A stretch of 52,207 nt of DNA from Coriobacteriales bacterium (GTDB taxonomy: Bacteria; Actinomycetota; Coriobacteriia; Coriobacteriales; UBA8131). The notes beneath the pieces were generated by a model, which worked only from the letters and a program-made list of their open reading frames with translations, made no database searches and was not told the DNA's origin. Shown in pieces: positions 7,935 through 18,072 of the stretch (the stretch's first letter is position 1; every line of letters starts with the position of its first letter). The DNA is taken from the NCBI GenBank assembly GCA_031290175.1, contig JAITOC010000057.1, forward strand, positions 1 to 52,207, given 5' to 3'. A program made the translations under genes and the position numbers.

Positions 7935-10900
7935 ATGACACACAAAACAACACACACTGCGTCTGTGGGAGCTACGCTTCGGCGTTGCCTGCCGGCACTG
8001 TTTCTCGTAGCGGCTCTTGTGCTCTGTGGTTTGCAGGCTTCCCTCGCCTTTGCAGAAGACGAGATGGAGGAGGCTGTTTCTGGCACATCGGTTACGGCTG
8101 AAGAGGATGCAGGGGAAGATGACGCTCCTGCCGTCAAGCAGTATTCACCCCCTCTAACGCCCGGGCCTCCTCCGGTTGCAAGCATTCCACTGGGCAGCGG
8201 TGGCTTCGGTCTATTTGATGTAGCACCCTTCACTCCTCCCGCCACCTTGACCGGCACGTTTGAGGTGACCTACGCCTATGATACAAACGAGCCAAACAGC
8301 CCCGTGCGCAGCGATGACCACTTTGAGGGTAACCTGGCTATTGTGGAAGGGGACTTCACGGTAGATCGCTACGGTGCCTGGACACCGAACAATCCTTACA
8401 GCAACAGGGCAGCTGTGTGTTTGGATGGCTATGACCCCAATCGCCCCTATTACAACACCAGTTGGCCGGTCGGTACGCGTGCGGAGCATGTCGTACTGAC
8501 CTTTCTGAACTACGACACAACGACAAAACTTGTCTGGTACTACGCTCAGCTCTCGATGAACGCACCTCAATATCAGCGCCTTGGCATGTATGTGGCACTG
8601 AGCTGGGGCGGTGCGATTGAGTTGCAGAAACTCAGTGCAAGTCCAGCGATGACCGACGGTAATGCCTGCTACTCACTTGCAGGTGCCACCTATGGATTGT
8701 ATGAGTCTCAGCTAGACGCCGCAAACGATACCAAGCGTATCCATACCTTTACCACGAACAGCAGCGGTTATGGAGGCAAGGCAGAAGACCTCTGGTTTAG
8801 CACCTACTACATCAAGGAGTTGACCGCTTCTCCCGGATACGAGCTCGACGGGCGCATCTACGCGGTTGCGCTCAATACCGCGCTGGTCAAGCAGGAGGTT
8901 CTGGAAATACCCAAGGCCGACCCAGTGATCATGGTCGTACAAAAGCTCGACACTGAGACCGGTGAGGCCTACGGCAAGGATGACCCCTCAGGTGCTTCTT
9001 TGGCAGGGGCAGAGTTCACCATCCGCTATTGGGCTGGCTACTACGATACGGTGGAGGATGCTGAGGAATCTGGAGCGCCGACGAGAACATGGGTTTTGGT
9101 GACGGAGTCCAGCGGGCAGACCGCAATGATACCTCGGCTGCTTGTTTCTGGAGATCCCTTCTATTATGGTCTCGACGGCAACCCCACCCTCCCCCTCGGC
9201 ACCGTCATCATCCAGGAGACAAAGGCACCCCCTGCCTACCTCTTGCCCACCACCACACCCACGCTTGCCAACAAGGGCATCCAGCACATCAAGGAAGACC
9301 CCCTCGGTAAAGTTATCGAACTCAACCCGCTCCTCGTACCTGAGACTCCCCGCAAGCTCATCGTTGCCAAGCGTGACCGCGACACGCAGGCACTCCTGCC
9401 CGGTGCCACCTTTGCCCTCTATAAGGAGAGCGCCAAGGGGGCAGGTGACTGGAAGCTCATCGCCACCAAGACAACCGATGCAACAGGAACCATCAGCTAC
9501 GCTCCCATTGCGGCGGGTTCGTACAAGGCGGTAGAGACCGCAGCGCCTGCGGGCTACCTCCTTCCCTCTCAAAACGGTGGTAGCAATGAGCAGGCCTTCG
9601 TGATCAGGGAAAGCGACACCAAGCAGACCGTCGAGCTCACCTTCAACGACGCAGAGATTACCGGGGCAATCGAGCTGCGGAAGCAAAGCGAGAATCCAGC
9701 TTTGACTAACGGCAATGCCAGCTATTCCCTTGCGGGTGCCACCTATGGACTTTATGGGTCGGAGACAAACGCAAAGGCGGACAAGAACCGTCTGCACACG
9801 TTTACAACCAACGCAAGCGGCTACGGTGGCAAGGCGGTCGATCTGAAATACAGAACCTACTACATCAAGGAGCTAAAAGCCTCTCCTGGATACACACTCG
9901 ATGAGAAAATCTACACCGTGAAGCTCAATACTGCGCTGACCACGCAGGAGGTTTTAGAAGTGCCCAAGGGAACCCCGGTGAGCATGCTTGTGCAAAAGCT
10001 CGATAGCGAGACTGGCCAGACCTACGGCAAAGACGACCCGACCGGGGCTGCCCTGGCAGGGGCAGAGTTCACCGTCCGCTATTGGGATGGCTACTACGAT
10101 ACGGTAGAAGAGGCTGAGGCCTCTGGTGTACCGACGAGGGTCTGGGTGTTAAAGACGGGCGTCGATGGAAAGGCCTCGATGGGCTCTCCTTGGCTCGTTT
10201 CAGGAGACGCCTTTTACTACGATACCAGCGGCTCCCTGATCCTGCCTCTCGGTACGGTTGTCATCCAGGAGACAAAGGCACCACTTGCCTATCTCTTGCC
10301 CACCACCACACCAACGCTTGTCAACAAGGGCATCCAGCACATCAAAGAGAACGCGCTTGGTACCGTCGTTGCATTCAACTCGCTTAAGGTACCCGAGACC
10401 CCGCGTAAACTCATCGTTGCCAAGCGCGATAGCGAGACACAGGAGCTTCTGCCCGGCGCAACCTTCAAGCTTTACAGGGAGAGCGCCAAGGGTGCAGGCG
10501 ACTGGAAGCTCATCACCACCAAGACGACCGATGCAGCGGGAACCATCACCTATTCGCCCATTGCAGCAGGATCTTACAAAGTGGTCGAGACTGTGGCGCC
10601 TGCGGGCTATCTTCTTCCTTCCCAATGCGGCTACAGCGACGAGCAGGCCTTCGAGATAAAGGAAAGCGACACCGCGCAGATCGTCAAGCTCACCTTTGAG
10701 GACACAGCAGGCACCATAATCGTGAACAAAGTCGACAGCGATACCGCAGAACCTGTGGATAACACAGAGTTCACGCTCTACTCCTATCCCGTGACTCTTG
10801 CCAATGGACTTATCACAACCGATGTCTCCATCATCACCTCCGACGACCCCGCCTGGGCAGAGGTGGATACCAAGGTCACAGACGCACAGGGCAAGTTGGT

Positions 10901-12122
10901 TTTTGAAACCCTGCCCTTTGGGTACTACAAGATCGTCGAAACCCGCTCGAATCCCCTCTACGCAACCAATGAGGAGAGCGGGGGCACAGACCACTTTATC
11001 GTGCTCGACAAGAACACGACATCCGAGGTTCAGCTCTTTGAGGACGATCTCATACAGCTGTCCTGCGAGATATTCAAAGACACTATCAACGTCACGAGCG
11101 CAGCATTCCGAAGTGGCGAGGACGACTCGCTCGGCATTGATAACACGAATGCCGAGATGTTCCACTACGATCTTGACTTCCGTTCGACCTCCAGCGTGCG
11201 TGCCGACGAGTTCACGGTTATCGATTACATGGAAAGCGCCGCCGCTGGTCAGGTCACGCTCGTCGAGTTGTTCACGCCGGTTACCTGGGGCGATACGGAC
11301 GGATCTTTCAATCTCTGGTATCAGACGAACCTGACAGATGCGGGCACAATGTATTCACATGCGAATGCCATGAGTATCGACTCAACAGACGCCGACATTC
11401 CTGAGAAGGCACAGCAATGGTCGTCTCGCGGCTGGAGGCTCTGGGCGGCCGGTTTGCCCACCACAGCCACAACTCATTTGTTGGTCGCCGATCTCGGACT
11501 CTCGCCCAATGAATACGTGACGGCAGTCCGGTTTGAGTTTGGCAGCGTTGAGGCGGGGTTCACGACACGGGCAGCTGTCATCAACGGGCTGCAAACGGCC
11601 AAGGAGTTCAAAGATACCTCTGTGGATTGGACGAACCCGAAGATCACGGATGATGGTGCTGACAGAACAGACGAGGTGGACGCAGGCAATCCAAGGAGCG
11701 TTACCGTCCAAGGTGTGGCAAGTGCTTCATGCGCCCCCTCTGCCTCCGAGCTCAGACCCGCCACCTACCTCGTAACCTGCCCCGACGAGCTCATACCGCC
11801 GGCGGTGCTCACGAGCTCAGCACAAGCATTCATCGCACGCAACAGCGTCTTGACTGACGAGGATCTTGATTCTGTGAACACGCAGGTCATCGGAAGTTTC
11901 ATGCCACTGACCTTCTCTGATCCGCCGACCGATACCTCTACTCTGAAGAACTACGGCCAATCGGGCTCTGGCAAGCGCCTGCCCGACATGGGCGACTCTA
12001 CCTTAGGCACGCTTGCTCTTGCAGGAGCTCTGTTTGCCCTGGGTCTCGCCTTCATCGCACAACGCCGACTTGATAAATCAGCAAACAGGAGAACGACGCA
12101 ATCCCAAGGGGAGGCCGCATAA
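7935..12122 (+). CDS. Large sortase-type surface protein with SpaA/Cna-B (prealbumin-like) repeats
   Basis: RBS GGAGGAG. Signal peptide ending AFA. Repeated LAGATYGLY / YYIKEL.ASPGY / LPGATF.LY / VET.APAGY motifs. LPDMG at 11979-11993, then TM and basic tail. Confidence 0.9.
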   Translation: MTHKTTHTASVGATLRRCLPALFLVAALVLCGLQASLAFAEDEMEEAVSGTSVTAEEDAGEDDAPAVKQYSPPLTPGPPPVASIPLGSGGFGLFDVAPFTPPATLTGTFEVTYAYDTNEPNSPVRSDDHFEGNLAIVEGDFTVDRYGAWTPNNPYSNRAAVCLDGYDPNRPYYNTSWPVGTRAEHVVLTFLNYDTTTKLVWYYAQLSMNAPQYQRLGMYVALSWGGAIELQKLSASPAMTDGNACYSLAGATYGLYESQLDAANDTKRIHTFTTNSSGYGGKAEDLWFSTYYIKELTASPGYELDGRIYAVALNTALVKQEVLEIPKADPVIMVVQKLDTETGEAYGKDDPSGASLAGAEFTIRYWAGYYDTVEDAEESGAPTRTWVLVTESSGQTAMIPRLLVSGDPFYYGLDGNPTLPLGTVIIQETKAPPAYLLPTTTPTLANKGIQHIKEDPLGKVIELNPLLVPETPRKLIVAKRDRDTQALLPGATFALYKESAKGAGDWKLIATKTTDATGTISYAPIAAGSYKAVETAAPAGYLLPSQNGGSNEQAFVIRESDTKQTVELTFNDAEITGAIELRKQSENPALTNGNASYSLAGATYGLYGSETNAKADKNRLHTFTTNASGYGGKAVDLKYRTYYIKELKASPGYTLDEKIYTVKLNTALTTQEVLEVPKGTPVSMLVQKLDSETGQTYGKDDPTGAALAGAEFTVRYWDGYYDTVEEAEASGVPTRVWVLKTGVDGKASMGSPWLVSGDAFYYDTSGSLILPLGTVVIQETKAPLAYLLPTTTPTLVNKGIQHIKENALGTVVAFNSLKVPETPRKLIVAKRDSETQELLPGATFKLYRESAKGAGDWKLITTKTTDAAGTITYSPIAAGSYKVVETVAPAGYLLPSQCGYSDEQAFEIKESDTAQIVKLTFEDTAGTIIVNKVDSDTAEPVDNTEFTLYSYPVTLANGLITTDVSIITSDDPAWAEVDTKVTDAQGKLVFETLPFGYYKIVETRSNPLYATNEESGGTDHFIVLDKNTTSEVQLFEDDLIQLSCEIFKDTINVTSAAFRSGEDDSLGIDNTNAEMFHYDLDFRSTSSVRADEFTVIDYMESAAAGQVTLVELFTPVTWGDTDGSFNLWYQTNLTDAGTMYSHANAMSIDSTDADIPEKAQQWSSRGWRLWAAGLPTTATTHLLVADLGLSPNEYVTAVRFEFGSVEAGFTTRAAVINGLQTAKEFKDTSVDWTNPKITDDGADRTDEVDAGNPRSVTVQGVASASCAPSASELRPATYLVTCPDELIPPAVLTSSAQAFIARNSVLTDEDLDSVNTQVIGSFMPLTFSDPPTDTSTLKNYGQSGSGKRLPDMGDSTLGTLALAGALFALGLAFIAQRRLDKSANRRTTQSQGEAA
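8613..10710 (+). repeat. Intragenic tandem duplication, two ~1053-bp (351-aa) units
   Basis: AIELQKLS...LTFND starts at 8613 and AIELRKQS...LTFED at 9666. Long near-identical stretches, e.g. VIQETKAP.AYLLPTTTPTL.NKGIQHIKE. Confidence 0.9.
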
Positions 12123-13960
12123 TGAATCTGGCAGCAGAAAGGCTCGTGCAGAGCATACAGGAAACCACCGAGGTGCCGACCTTCATCGTGGCACCTTCAA
12201 AATCCGGGCGTTCCGCCCTTGCGCTCGCCTATGCCCGTGCCCATTGTGGCGTCGAAGAGGCGTGTTGGCTTGATGGCACTTCCGAGGCTTTTAGAGAGGC
12301 GCTCGATAAGGGTCTGCTTGAAGTGTTCCTCAGCTCTGAGGCTCCCGAGTATGCTGTATGCAGACTTATCGTCATTGACGATTTACCGGGGCTCGACGAT
12401 GGAGCTGCCCAGCGTTTCTCGGACGGGATCGACCGTCTGGTTGAACGAGGCAAACAAATAATCGTCATCTGTTCGCCTGAAAACGATGCGTTTGCAAGCC
12501 TTCAATCTGATCGTCACCTCATCGATGTGCGAGCGCTCTGCTCGATCTTCAGGCACGATGAAATGCGCACACTTGCCTTTCTGCAAGCATTTTTTGCCTC
12601 GGATCTACCGCTTGAGTTCAAATCGACTGCAAGCCTCATGATACTGATGCGCACGGGCGTTGCCGATGAGTTGCGCGCCCTGGGGTATCACATTGCATCC
12701 GACACCCCCCTGCTCCTCAGTGCGTCTTGTCCCCTTATCGACTTCGATAGCTCTAGCGGCTACTTTGATGCCCGTGCATGCTTGCTCAAAGGGCTTGACC
12801 AGCAGCTCTTCGCCAGTGTTTGTGCTGCTGCGCGCGAAGGAGAGTGTGTCGTACAAAGCGAGAAGGAGCGAGCTTTTGAGCGGCTGTCAGGGCTTGCCAT
12901 GCATCTGTTTGGGCGCGACGAGCGACAGGAGAGCATGGAGGTACTCGAACTTGCGGGCAGGATACTTGCCTTCGATGAGCTCGGATCAGCCCAGCTCACA
13001 AGCCTTCCGAAGGAAGGGAAGCCCAACGAATCTGATCTCATCCGTCCATCCGCTACTGCTTTGGACTTTACCCACGCGCCCGGCACTGTCTCCAACCTCA
13101 TCTGTTCACTCGACAGCATATCCGGTGAGGAGCTTCCCTCTCTCGATGTTCCAAAAACCCCCAAGGGGCGCACGAGTGTTTCAGAGCAGCGTGATTGTGC
13201 GGTGGAGCCGCTCGTGGTTCGCTTGTTCGGTGGCATGGAGATTATACTCAACGGTGTGCGCATCGAAGCGTCACTCCTGAGAAGAAGCAAGGTCAAACTA
13301 CTCTTTATCCACCTTGTCCTGAGCCTGGGTAAGGGCGTCTCGCGCGATACGCTTATCGAACGCCTTTGGCCGAACAAAGACCGTGTCCATGCGCGCGACA
13401 ACTTCTATGTCACCTGGTCACGCCTGTGTCGGGTGCTTGCAGGCTCGGAAAGCAGTTGCCCCTATCTTTCCAACAACAATCAGATATGTCGCATTGATGA
13501 TCGCTATGTCTCACTGGATATCCTTGAGTTCGATGAGCTCTCCAAGGCGGTGCTCTTTGGCAGAGGACCCCTCGATGAGCAGCTTGATGCTATCTTCCGG
13601 CTCGACCAGCTCTATCGAGGAGACATCCTCGCCGGCCTGCAGCTCGATTCTCATATTCGCAGCAATCAGCAGCGCTACCGGAGCCTTCTGGTTGACGTTA
13701 TGCTCAAGGCGGCGCAGACCTTCTCTGAGATGGGCAATGGCGACAATGCGTTATGGTTCGCGCGCAAAGCCTATGAGACCGATGCGACGCGCGAGGACGT
13801 GTACCGCATCCTCATGGACATGCAGGATCGCGCGGGGCAGCGCACCTCAGCCTTGCGCACGTACTTTGACTGCAAGCGCTATCTCAATGAAGAACTCGGC
13901 ATCATCCCCTCACAGCGCACAACAGCGCTCTATCAGGAACTCATCCTCGATCGGAGGTGA
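12122..13960 (+). CDS. SARP/AfsR-like regulator: degenerate P-loop NTPase domain + wHTH + BTAD
   Basis: APSKSGRS (degenerate Walker A), LIVIDD (Walker B), VRLFGG, SRDTLIERLWP, LYRGDIL, REDVYRILM, LNEELGIIPS. TAATG overlap with the adhesin stop. Confidence 0.85.
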   Translation: MNLAAERLVQSIQETTEVPTFIVAPSKSGRSALALAYARAHCGVEEACWLDGTSEAFREALDKGLLEVFLSSEAPEYAVCRLIVIDDLPGLDDGAAQRFSDGIDRLVERGKQIIVICSPENDAFASLQSDRHLIDVRALCSIFRHDEMRTLAFLQAFFASDLPLEFKSTASLMILMRTGVADELRALGYHIASDTPLLLSASCPLIDFDSSSGYFDARACLLKGLDQQLFASVCAAAREGECVVQSEKERAFERLSGLAMHLFGRDERQESMEVLELAGRILAFDELGSAQLTSLPKEGKPNESDLIRPSATALDFTHAPGTVSNLICSLDSISGEELPSLDVPKTPKGRTSVSEQRDCAVEPLVVRLFGGMEIILNGVRIEASLLRRSKVKLLFIHLVLSLGKGVSRDTLIERLWPNKDRVHARDNFYVTWSRLCRVLAGSESSCPYLSNNNQICRIDDRYVSLDILEFDELSKAVLFGRGPLDEQLDAIFRLDQLYRGDILAGLQLDSHIRSNQQRYRSLLVDVMLKAAQTFSEMGNGDNALWFARKAYETDATREDVYRILMDMQDRAGQRTSALRTYFDCKRYLNEELGIIPSQRTTALYQELILDRR

Positions 13961-14141
13961 GCTTTCGGGGCGTCCGGTCTGCACCCGCATATCGTTGATT
14001 GCCGGTTGTGAAGACCGTGCAACCGGACGCAACCCGAATTGCCGCGAAGCTAACTCTCTCGGGACTTGTGCTGTGGTAGAGTTATCATCGTACGCGTACG
14101 GCACGTACAGATGATAGTTTCGACCAAAGAAGGCATGTTAT

Positions 14142-16886
14142 ATGAGTTTTTTCTCAAAACTCCTCTCTATGGGTGAGGGCAAGCAGCTTAAAAGCTTTGA
14201 AGAGATCGTTGGACGTATCAACGAGATCGAACCGAGCATACAAAAACTTGATGATGAGGCACTGGTTGCTCAGACAACGGTCTTTCGCGAGCGGCTCGAG
14301 AACGGCGCTGGTCTTGACGATCTGCTGGTTGAGGCCTTCGCCACCGTGCGCGAGGCTTCGATGCGAACCCTTGGGATGCGTCATTTTGACGTGCAGCTCA
14401 TCGGTGCTATGGCGCTCGATGCGGGTCAGATTGCCGAGATGAAAACCGGTGAAGGCAAGACCCTCGTGTCCACGCTCGCGGGCTATCTGAATGCGCTTCC
14501 TGCGCGTGGCGTGCACGTGGTTACTGTCAATGACTACCTGGCAAAGCGCGACTCCGACTGGATGGGGCGCATCTATCGCTTCCTTGGTATGGATGTCGGC
14601 TTGATCCAAAACGGCATGAAGATTGCGGGCAAGATCCCGGCGTATCGGGCTGATGTGACCTACGGTACGAATGCTGAGTTCGGCTTTGACTATCTGCGTG
14701 ACAACATGGTCACCCGGGCGGATGATCGCGTCCAGCGCGGTCACGCATTCGCCATCGTCGACGAGGTTGACTCCATCCTCATCGACGAGGCGCGAACACC
14801 GCTCATCATCTCCGGAGCGGGAACCCGAGCCGCCGATACCTACAACAAGTTCGCCCGTGCGGTGCCCAACCTGCGCGATAGCATAGATTTTGAGATGGAA
14901 GAGGCAAAGCACACAATCTTCTCAACCGACGCCGGTCTCCATAAGATGGAGGTGCTACTCGGCATCGAGGACATCTATGCGGATCCTTCGGGCATGCTCG
15001 TCAATCACCTCCAGCAGGCACTTCGTGCGCAGTTCCTTTTCAAGAAGGACGTGGATTACGTCGTCGTGGATGGCGAGGTGAAGATTGTTGACGAGTTCAC
15101 CGGCCGCATCATGGAAGGGCGTCGTTACTCTGAAGGCCTGCATCAGGCACTCGAGGCAAAGGAGCGCGTGCTTATCCGTGAAGAGAACCAGACGCTTGCG
15201 ACCATAACGCTCCAGAATTACTTTCGTTTGTATGAGAAACTCTCCGGTATGACGGGTACCGCCATGACGGAAGACAGTGAGTTTCGTCAGATATACAAGT
15301 TGCCGGTCATGGCGATTCCTTCTAACAGGCCCGTGATCCGTGATGACAGGAACGATCTCATCTACCGTACGGTTGAGGCAAAGTTCAACGCCGTTGCCGA
15401 CGACGTGGCAGAGCGCCACGAAGCAGGGCAACCCTCGCTCGTCGGTACGGTCTCCATCGAGAACTCGGAGCGGCTTTCACGCCTGCTCGACAAGCGTGGC
15501 ATCCCGCATGAGGTTTTGAATGCCAAGCATCATGAGCGTGAGGCACATATCGTCGCGCAGGCAGGACGTGCGGGAGCCGTCACCATTGCGACCAACATGG
15601 CCGGTCGTGGTACCGACATCCTGCTCGGTGGAAACCCTGAGTTCCTTGTCGATGAACTGCTGGTAAACAAGGGCATCGTACTGGAAGAAGCCACAGATGT
15701 GGAGCGCGAGATGGCGCTTACACAGGCCGTCGGTATCTGTAAGGCAGAGCATGAGGTCGTTGTCTCAGCGGGAGGGCTTGCGGTCATCGGCACCGAGCGA
15801 CATGAGGCGCGTCGTATCGATAATCAGCTGCGTGGTCGCGCTGGTCGTCAGGGAGACCCAGGCTCCACACAGTTCTACCTGTCGCTTAAAGACGATTTGA
15901 TGCGCCTCTTTGGCGGTGACCGGATGGATCGTATCGGCTCGATTATGGAGCGTACCGACTTGCCGGAGGATGTGCCTATCGACTCGGGTATGGTATCGAA
16001 GGCGATAGAGGGGGCGCAGCGCCAGGTCGAGTCGATGCATTTTGATTCGCGTAAACACGTCCTCGAATACGACGATGTCATGAATCGCCAGCGTTCCGCC
16101 ATCTACCAGGAGCGCAACGCCATCCTCGATGGGAAGGACATCCATCAACGTGCGCTTGACATCATGCAGGACACTGTGGAGAAGGCGGCAGCGGAGTTTG
16201 CCAACACTGTCGCCGACGATTGGGATTTCGAGGGCATGCAGCTGTGGCTGAATGAGCTCACGGGCAGGGATGACTATCCTGTGAGAAACATCAAGCACAA
16301 AGACGACGCCAACGTGCTCGCCGAGAAGCTGTTTGAGCACCTCGATGGCATCCTCGCCGAGAAGGAGGAAACCCTTGGTGCAGAGCGTCTCCGCAAGCTT
16401 GAGATGCAGGTTATGCTGCGAATCATGGACACGCGTTGGATGAACCATCTGCAGGAGATGGACTATCTCAAGGCAGGCATCGGCCTGCGTGCCTTTGGCC
16501 AGCGCGATCCGCTCACTGAGTACAAGAGCGAGGCACACCTTGCCTTCGGTGAATTGCGTGACTCGATGTTTGAGGATTACCTGCGCACCGTCCTGCGTAT
16601 CCAGATAGTCATTCAGGATGAGCCGCCCGCCCAACTTGAGCAGGCAAAATACTCCGGCCCATCAGAGAATGTCCCTTCGCTGATGGGGGAGGCGCGGGCT
16701 CAGGCGGCACAACAGGCTGCAGCCAGAGGCGGTGCCGTCCCTGCGGGAACCCAACCTGCGGTTCGCAAGACAGCAACCATCATGAAAGACAAGGATGACC
16801 CCTTTGCCACCGTTGGGCGCAATGACCTCTGCCCCTGCGGGTCGGGCAAGAAGTACAAGAAATGCCATGGCCTTACGGCCGAGTGA
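14142..16886 (+). CDS. secA: Preprotein translocase ATPase SecA
   Basis: MKTGEGKT, DEVDSILIDEARTPLIISG, IATNMAGRGTDI, QLRGRAGRQGDPG, SEC-C GRNDLCPCGSGKKYKKCHG. Confidence 0.99.
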   Translation: MSFFSKLLSMGEGKQLKSFEEIVGRINEIEPSIQKLDDEALVAQTTVFRERLENGAGLDDLLVEAFATVREASMRTLGMRHFDVQLIGAMALDAGQIAEMKTGEGKTLVSTLAGYLNALPARGVHVVTVNDYLAKRDSDWMGRIYRFLGMDVGLIQNGMKIAGKIPAYRADVTYGTNAEFGFDYLRDNMVTRADDRVQRGHAFAIVDEVDSILIDEARTPLIISGAGTRAADTYNKFARAVPNLRDSIDFEMEEAKHTIFSTDAGLHKMEVLLGIEDIYADPSGMLVNHLQQALRAQFLFKKDVDYVVVDGEVKIVDEFTGRIMEGRRYSEGLHQALEAKERVLIREENQTLATITLQNYFRLYEKLSGMTGTAMTEDSEFRQIYKLPVMAIPSNRPVIRDDRNDLIYRTVEAKFNAVADDVAERHEAGQPSLVGTVSIENSERLSRLLDKRGIPHEVLNAKHHEREAHIVAQAGRAGAVTIATNMAGRGTDILLGGNPEFLVDELLVNKGIVLEEATDVEREMALTQAVGICKAEHEVVVSAGGLAVIGTERHEARRIDNQLRGRAGRQGDPGSTQFYLSLKDDLMRLFGGDRMDRIGSIMERTDLPEDVPIDSGMVSKAIEGAQRQVESMHFDSRKHVLEYDDVMNRQRSAIYQERNAILDGKDIHQRALDIMQDTVEKAAAEFANTVADDWDFEGMQLWLNELTGRDDYPVRNIKHKDDANVLAEKLFEHLDGILAEKEETLGAERLRKLEMQVMLRIMDTRWMNHLQEMDYLKAGIGLRAFGQRDPLTEYKSEAHLAFGELRDSMFEDYLRTVLRIQIVIQDEPPAQLEQAKYSGPSENVPSLMGEARAQAAQQAAARGGAVPAGTQPAVRKTATIMKDKDDPFATVGRNDLCPCGSGKKYKKCHGLTAE

Positions 16887-16967
16887 AAGCTATTACAAAA
16901 CGGCAATCAGCCAGGGCTTTACAGAGTGCGGGGATCGGGTTCCCGCTCTACACCGATGAGGATGATG

Positions 16968-18068
16968 ATGGAAGATCTGCGTGATGCGATAGAACGACTC
17001 GATACCCGCCTAGTGGAGGCTGAGCAGTATCTCCACCTCGTGGACAGGCGCACACAGCTTGCTGAACTGGAAAAGACCTTCTCGGAACCCAATTTCTGGG
17101 ATGACCAGCAACGCGCCAGTAAACTTTCGAAGCAGGCGTCGGACATACGTTCAGATATCACCTCTTATGAGGAGGCAGCCGCGCTGCTTGAGGATGCGCG
17201 CGTTGCCAATGAACTTGCGCTCTCCGAGGAGGACGAATCCTTTGCCGTTGAGGCCGAGCAGGCCATCGCCCAGCTCACGCATCGTATCGATACGCTCGAG
17301 CTCGCGTCCTGGTTCTCTGGGGAGTTCGATGCCGGCGATGCCATCGTCAGCGTGAATCCTGGCCAAGGAGGGCTTGAGGCGCAGGATTGGGCGGACATGC
17401 TCTTCAAGATGTATACGCGGTATTCTCAGCGTAACGGCTGGAAAGTCGAGGTGCTTGATGCGCCGAGCGGCGAGGTCATCGGCATCGACCACGCCACCTT
17501 TATCGTGAGCGGACATAATGCCTACGGCATGCTTAGAGCCGAGCAGGGCGTGCACCGCCTCGTGCGCATCTCGCCAACCGACGTGAAGCAGCGCCGTCAG
17601 ACCACCTTTGCCGGGGTGGAGGTGCTGCCCGTGCTGCCCGATGATATCGAGGTCGAGATCAAGGACGCAGACCTGCGCATCGACGTCTATCGTTCGAGCG
17701 GACCGGGGGGGCAGAGCGTTAACACGACCGACTCTGCGGTGCGCATCACCCACCTGCCAACAAACACCGTCGTCACCTGTCAGAATGAGAAGTCACAGCT
17801 GCAAAACAAAGAAGCAGCGATGAAGATCCTCCGTGCACGTCTCTACGAGATAGAACAGGCAAAGCGCGAAGCAGAACTTGAGGAGCTGCGCGGCCCTCGT
17901 GCTGAAGCCTCATGGGGAAACCAGATCCGCAACTACGTTCTCTATCCGTATCAACTGGTAAAAGATGTGCGTACGGGGGTCGAGACGGGCAATGTCGATA
18001 CGGTGCTCGATGGTGACCTTGATCAATTCATCGTGGCATTTCTGAGACAACAAGCGACGAAGAGGTGA
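16968..18068 (+). CDS. prfB: Peptide chain release factor 2
   Basis: GGLEAQDWA, GVHRLVRISP, SGPGGQSVNTTDSAVR, WGNQIRNYV. Start chosen among the ATGs at 16956-16968 behind GAGGA. Single uninterrupted frame. Confidence 0.97.
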   Translation: MEDLRDAIERLDTRLVEAEQYLHLVDRRTQLAELEKTFSEPNFWDDQQRASKLSKQASDIRSDITSYEEAAALLEDARVANELALSEEDESFAVEAEQAIAQLTHRIDTLELASWFSGEFDAGDAIVSVNPGQGGLEAQDWADMLFKMYTRYSQRNGWKVEVLDAPSGEVIGIDHATFIVSGHNAYGMLRAEQGVHRLVRISPTDVKQRRQTTFAGVEVLPVLPDDIEVEIKDADLRIDVYRSSGPGGQSVNTTDSAVRITHLPTNTVVTCQNEKSQLQNKEAAMKILRARLYEIEQAKREAELEELRGPRAEASWGNQIRNYVLYPYQLVKDVRTGVETGNVDTVLDGDLDQFIVAFLRQQATKR

Positions 18069-18072
18069 CAGC

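Noticed and set aside
13961-14051. Extended hairpin between the BTAD gene and secA
   Set aside because: GCGTCCGGT/ACCGGACGC stem is most simply a terminator or stabiliser; no second copy and no recognisable RNA family.
16926-17100. Programmed +1 frameshift in prfB
   Set aside because: The gene is a single open frame with no in-frame CTT-TGA slip site near the start, as is usual in Actinomycetota.
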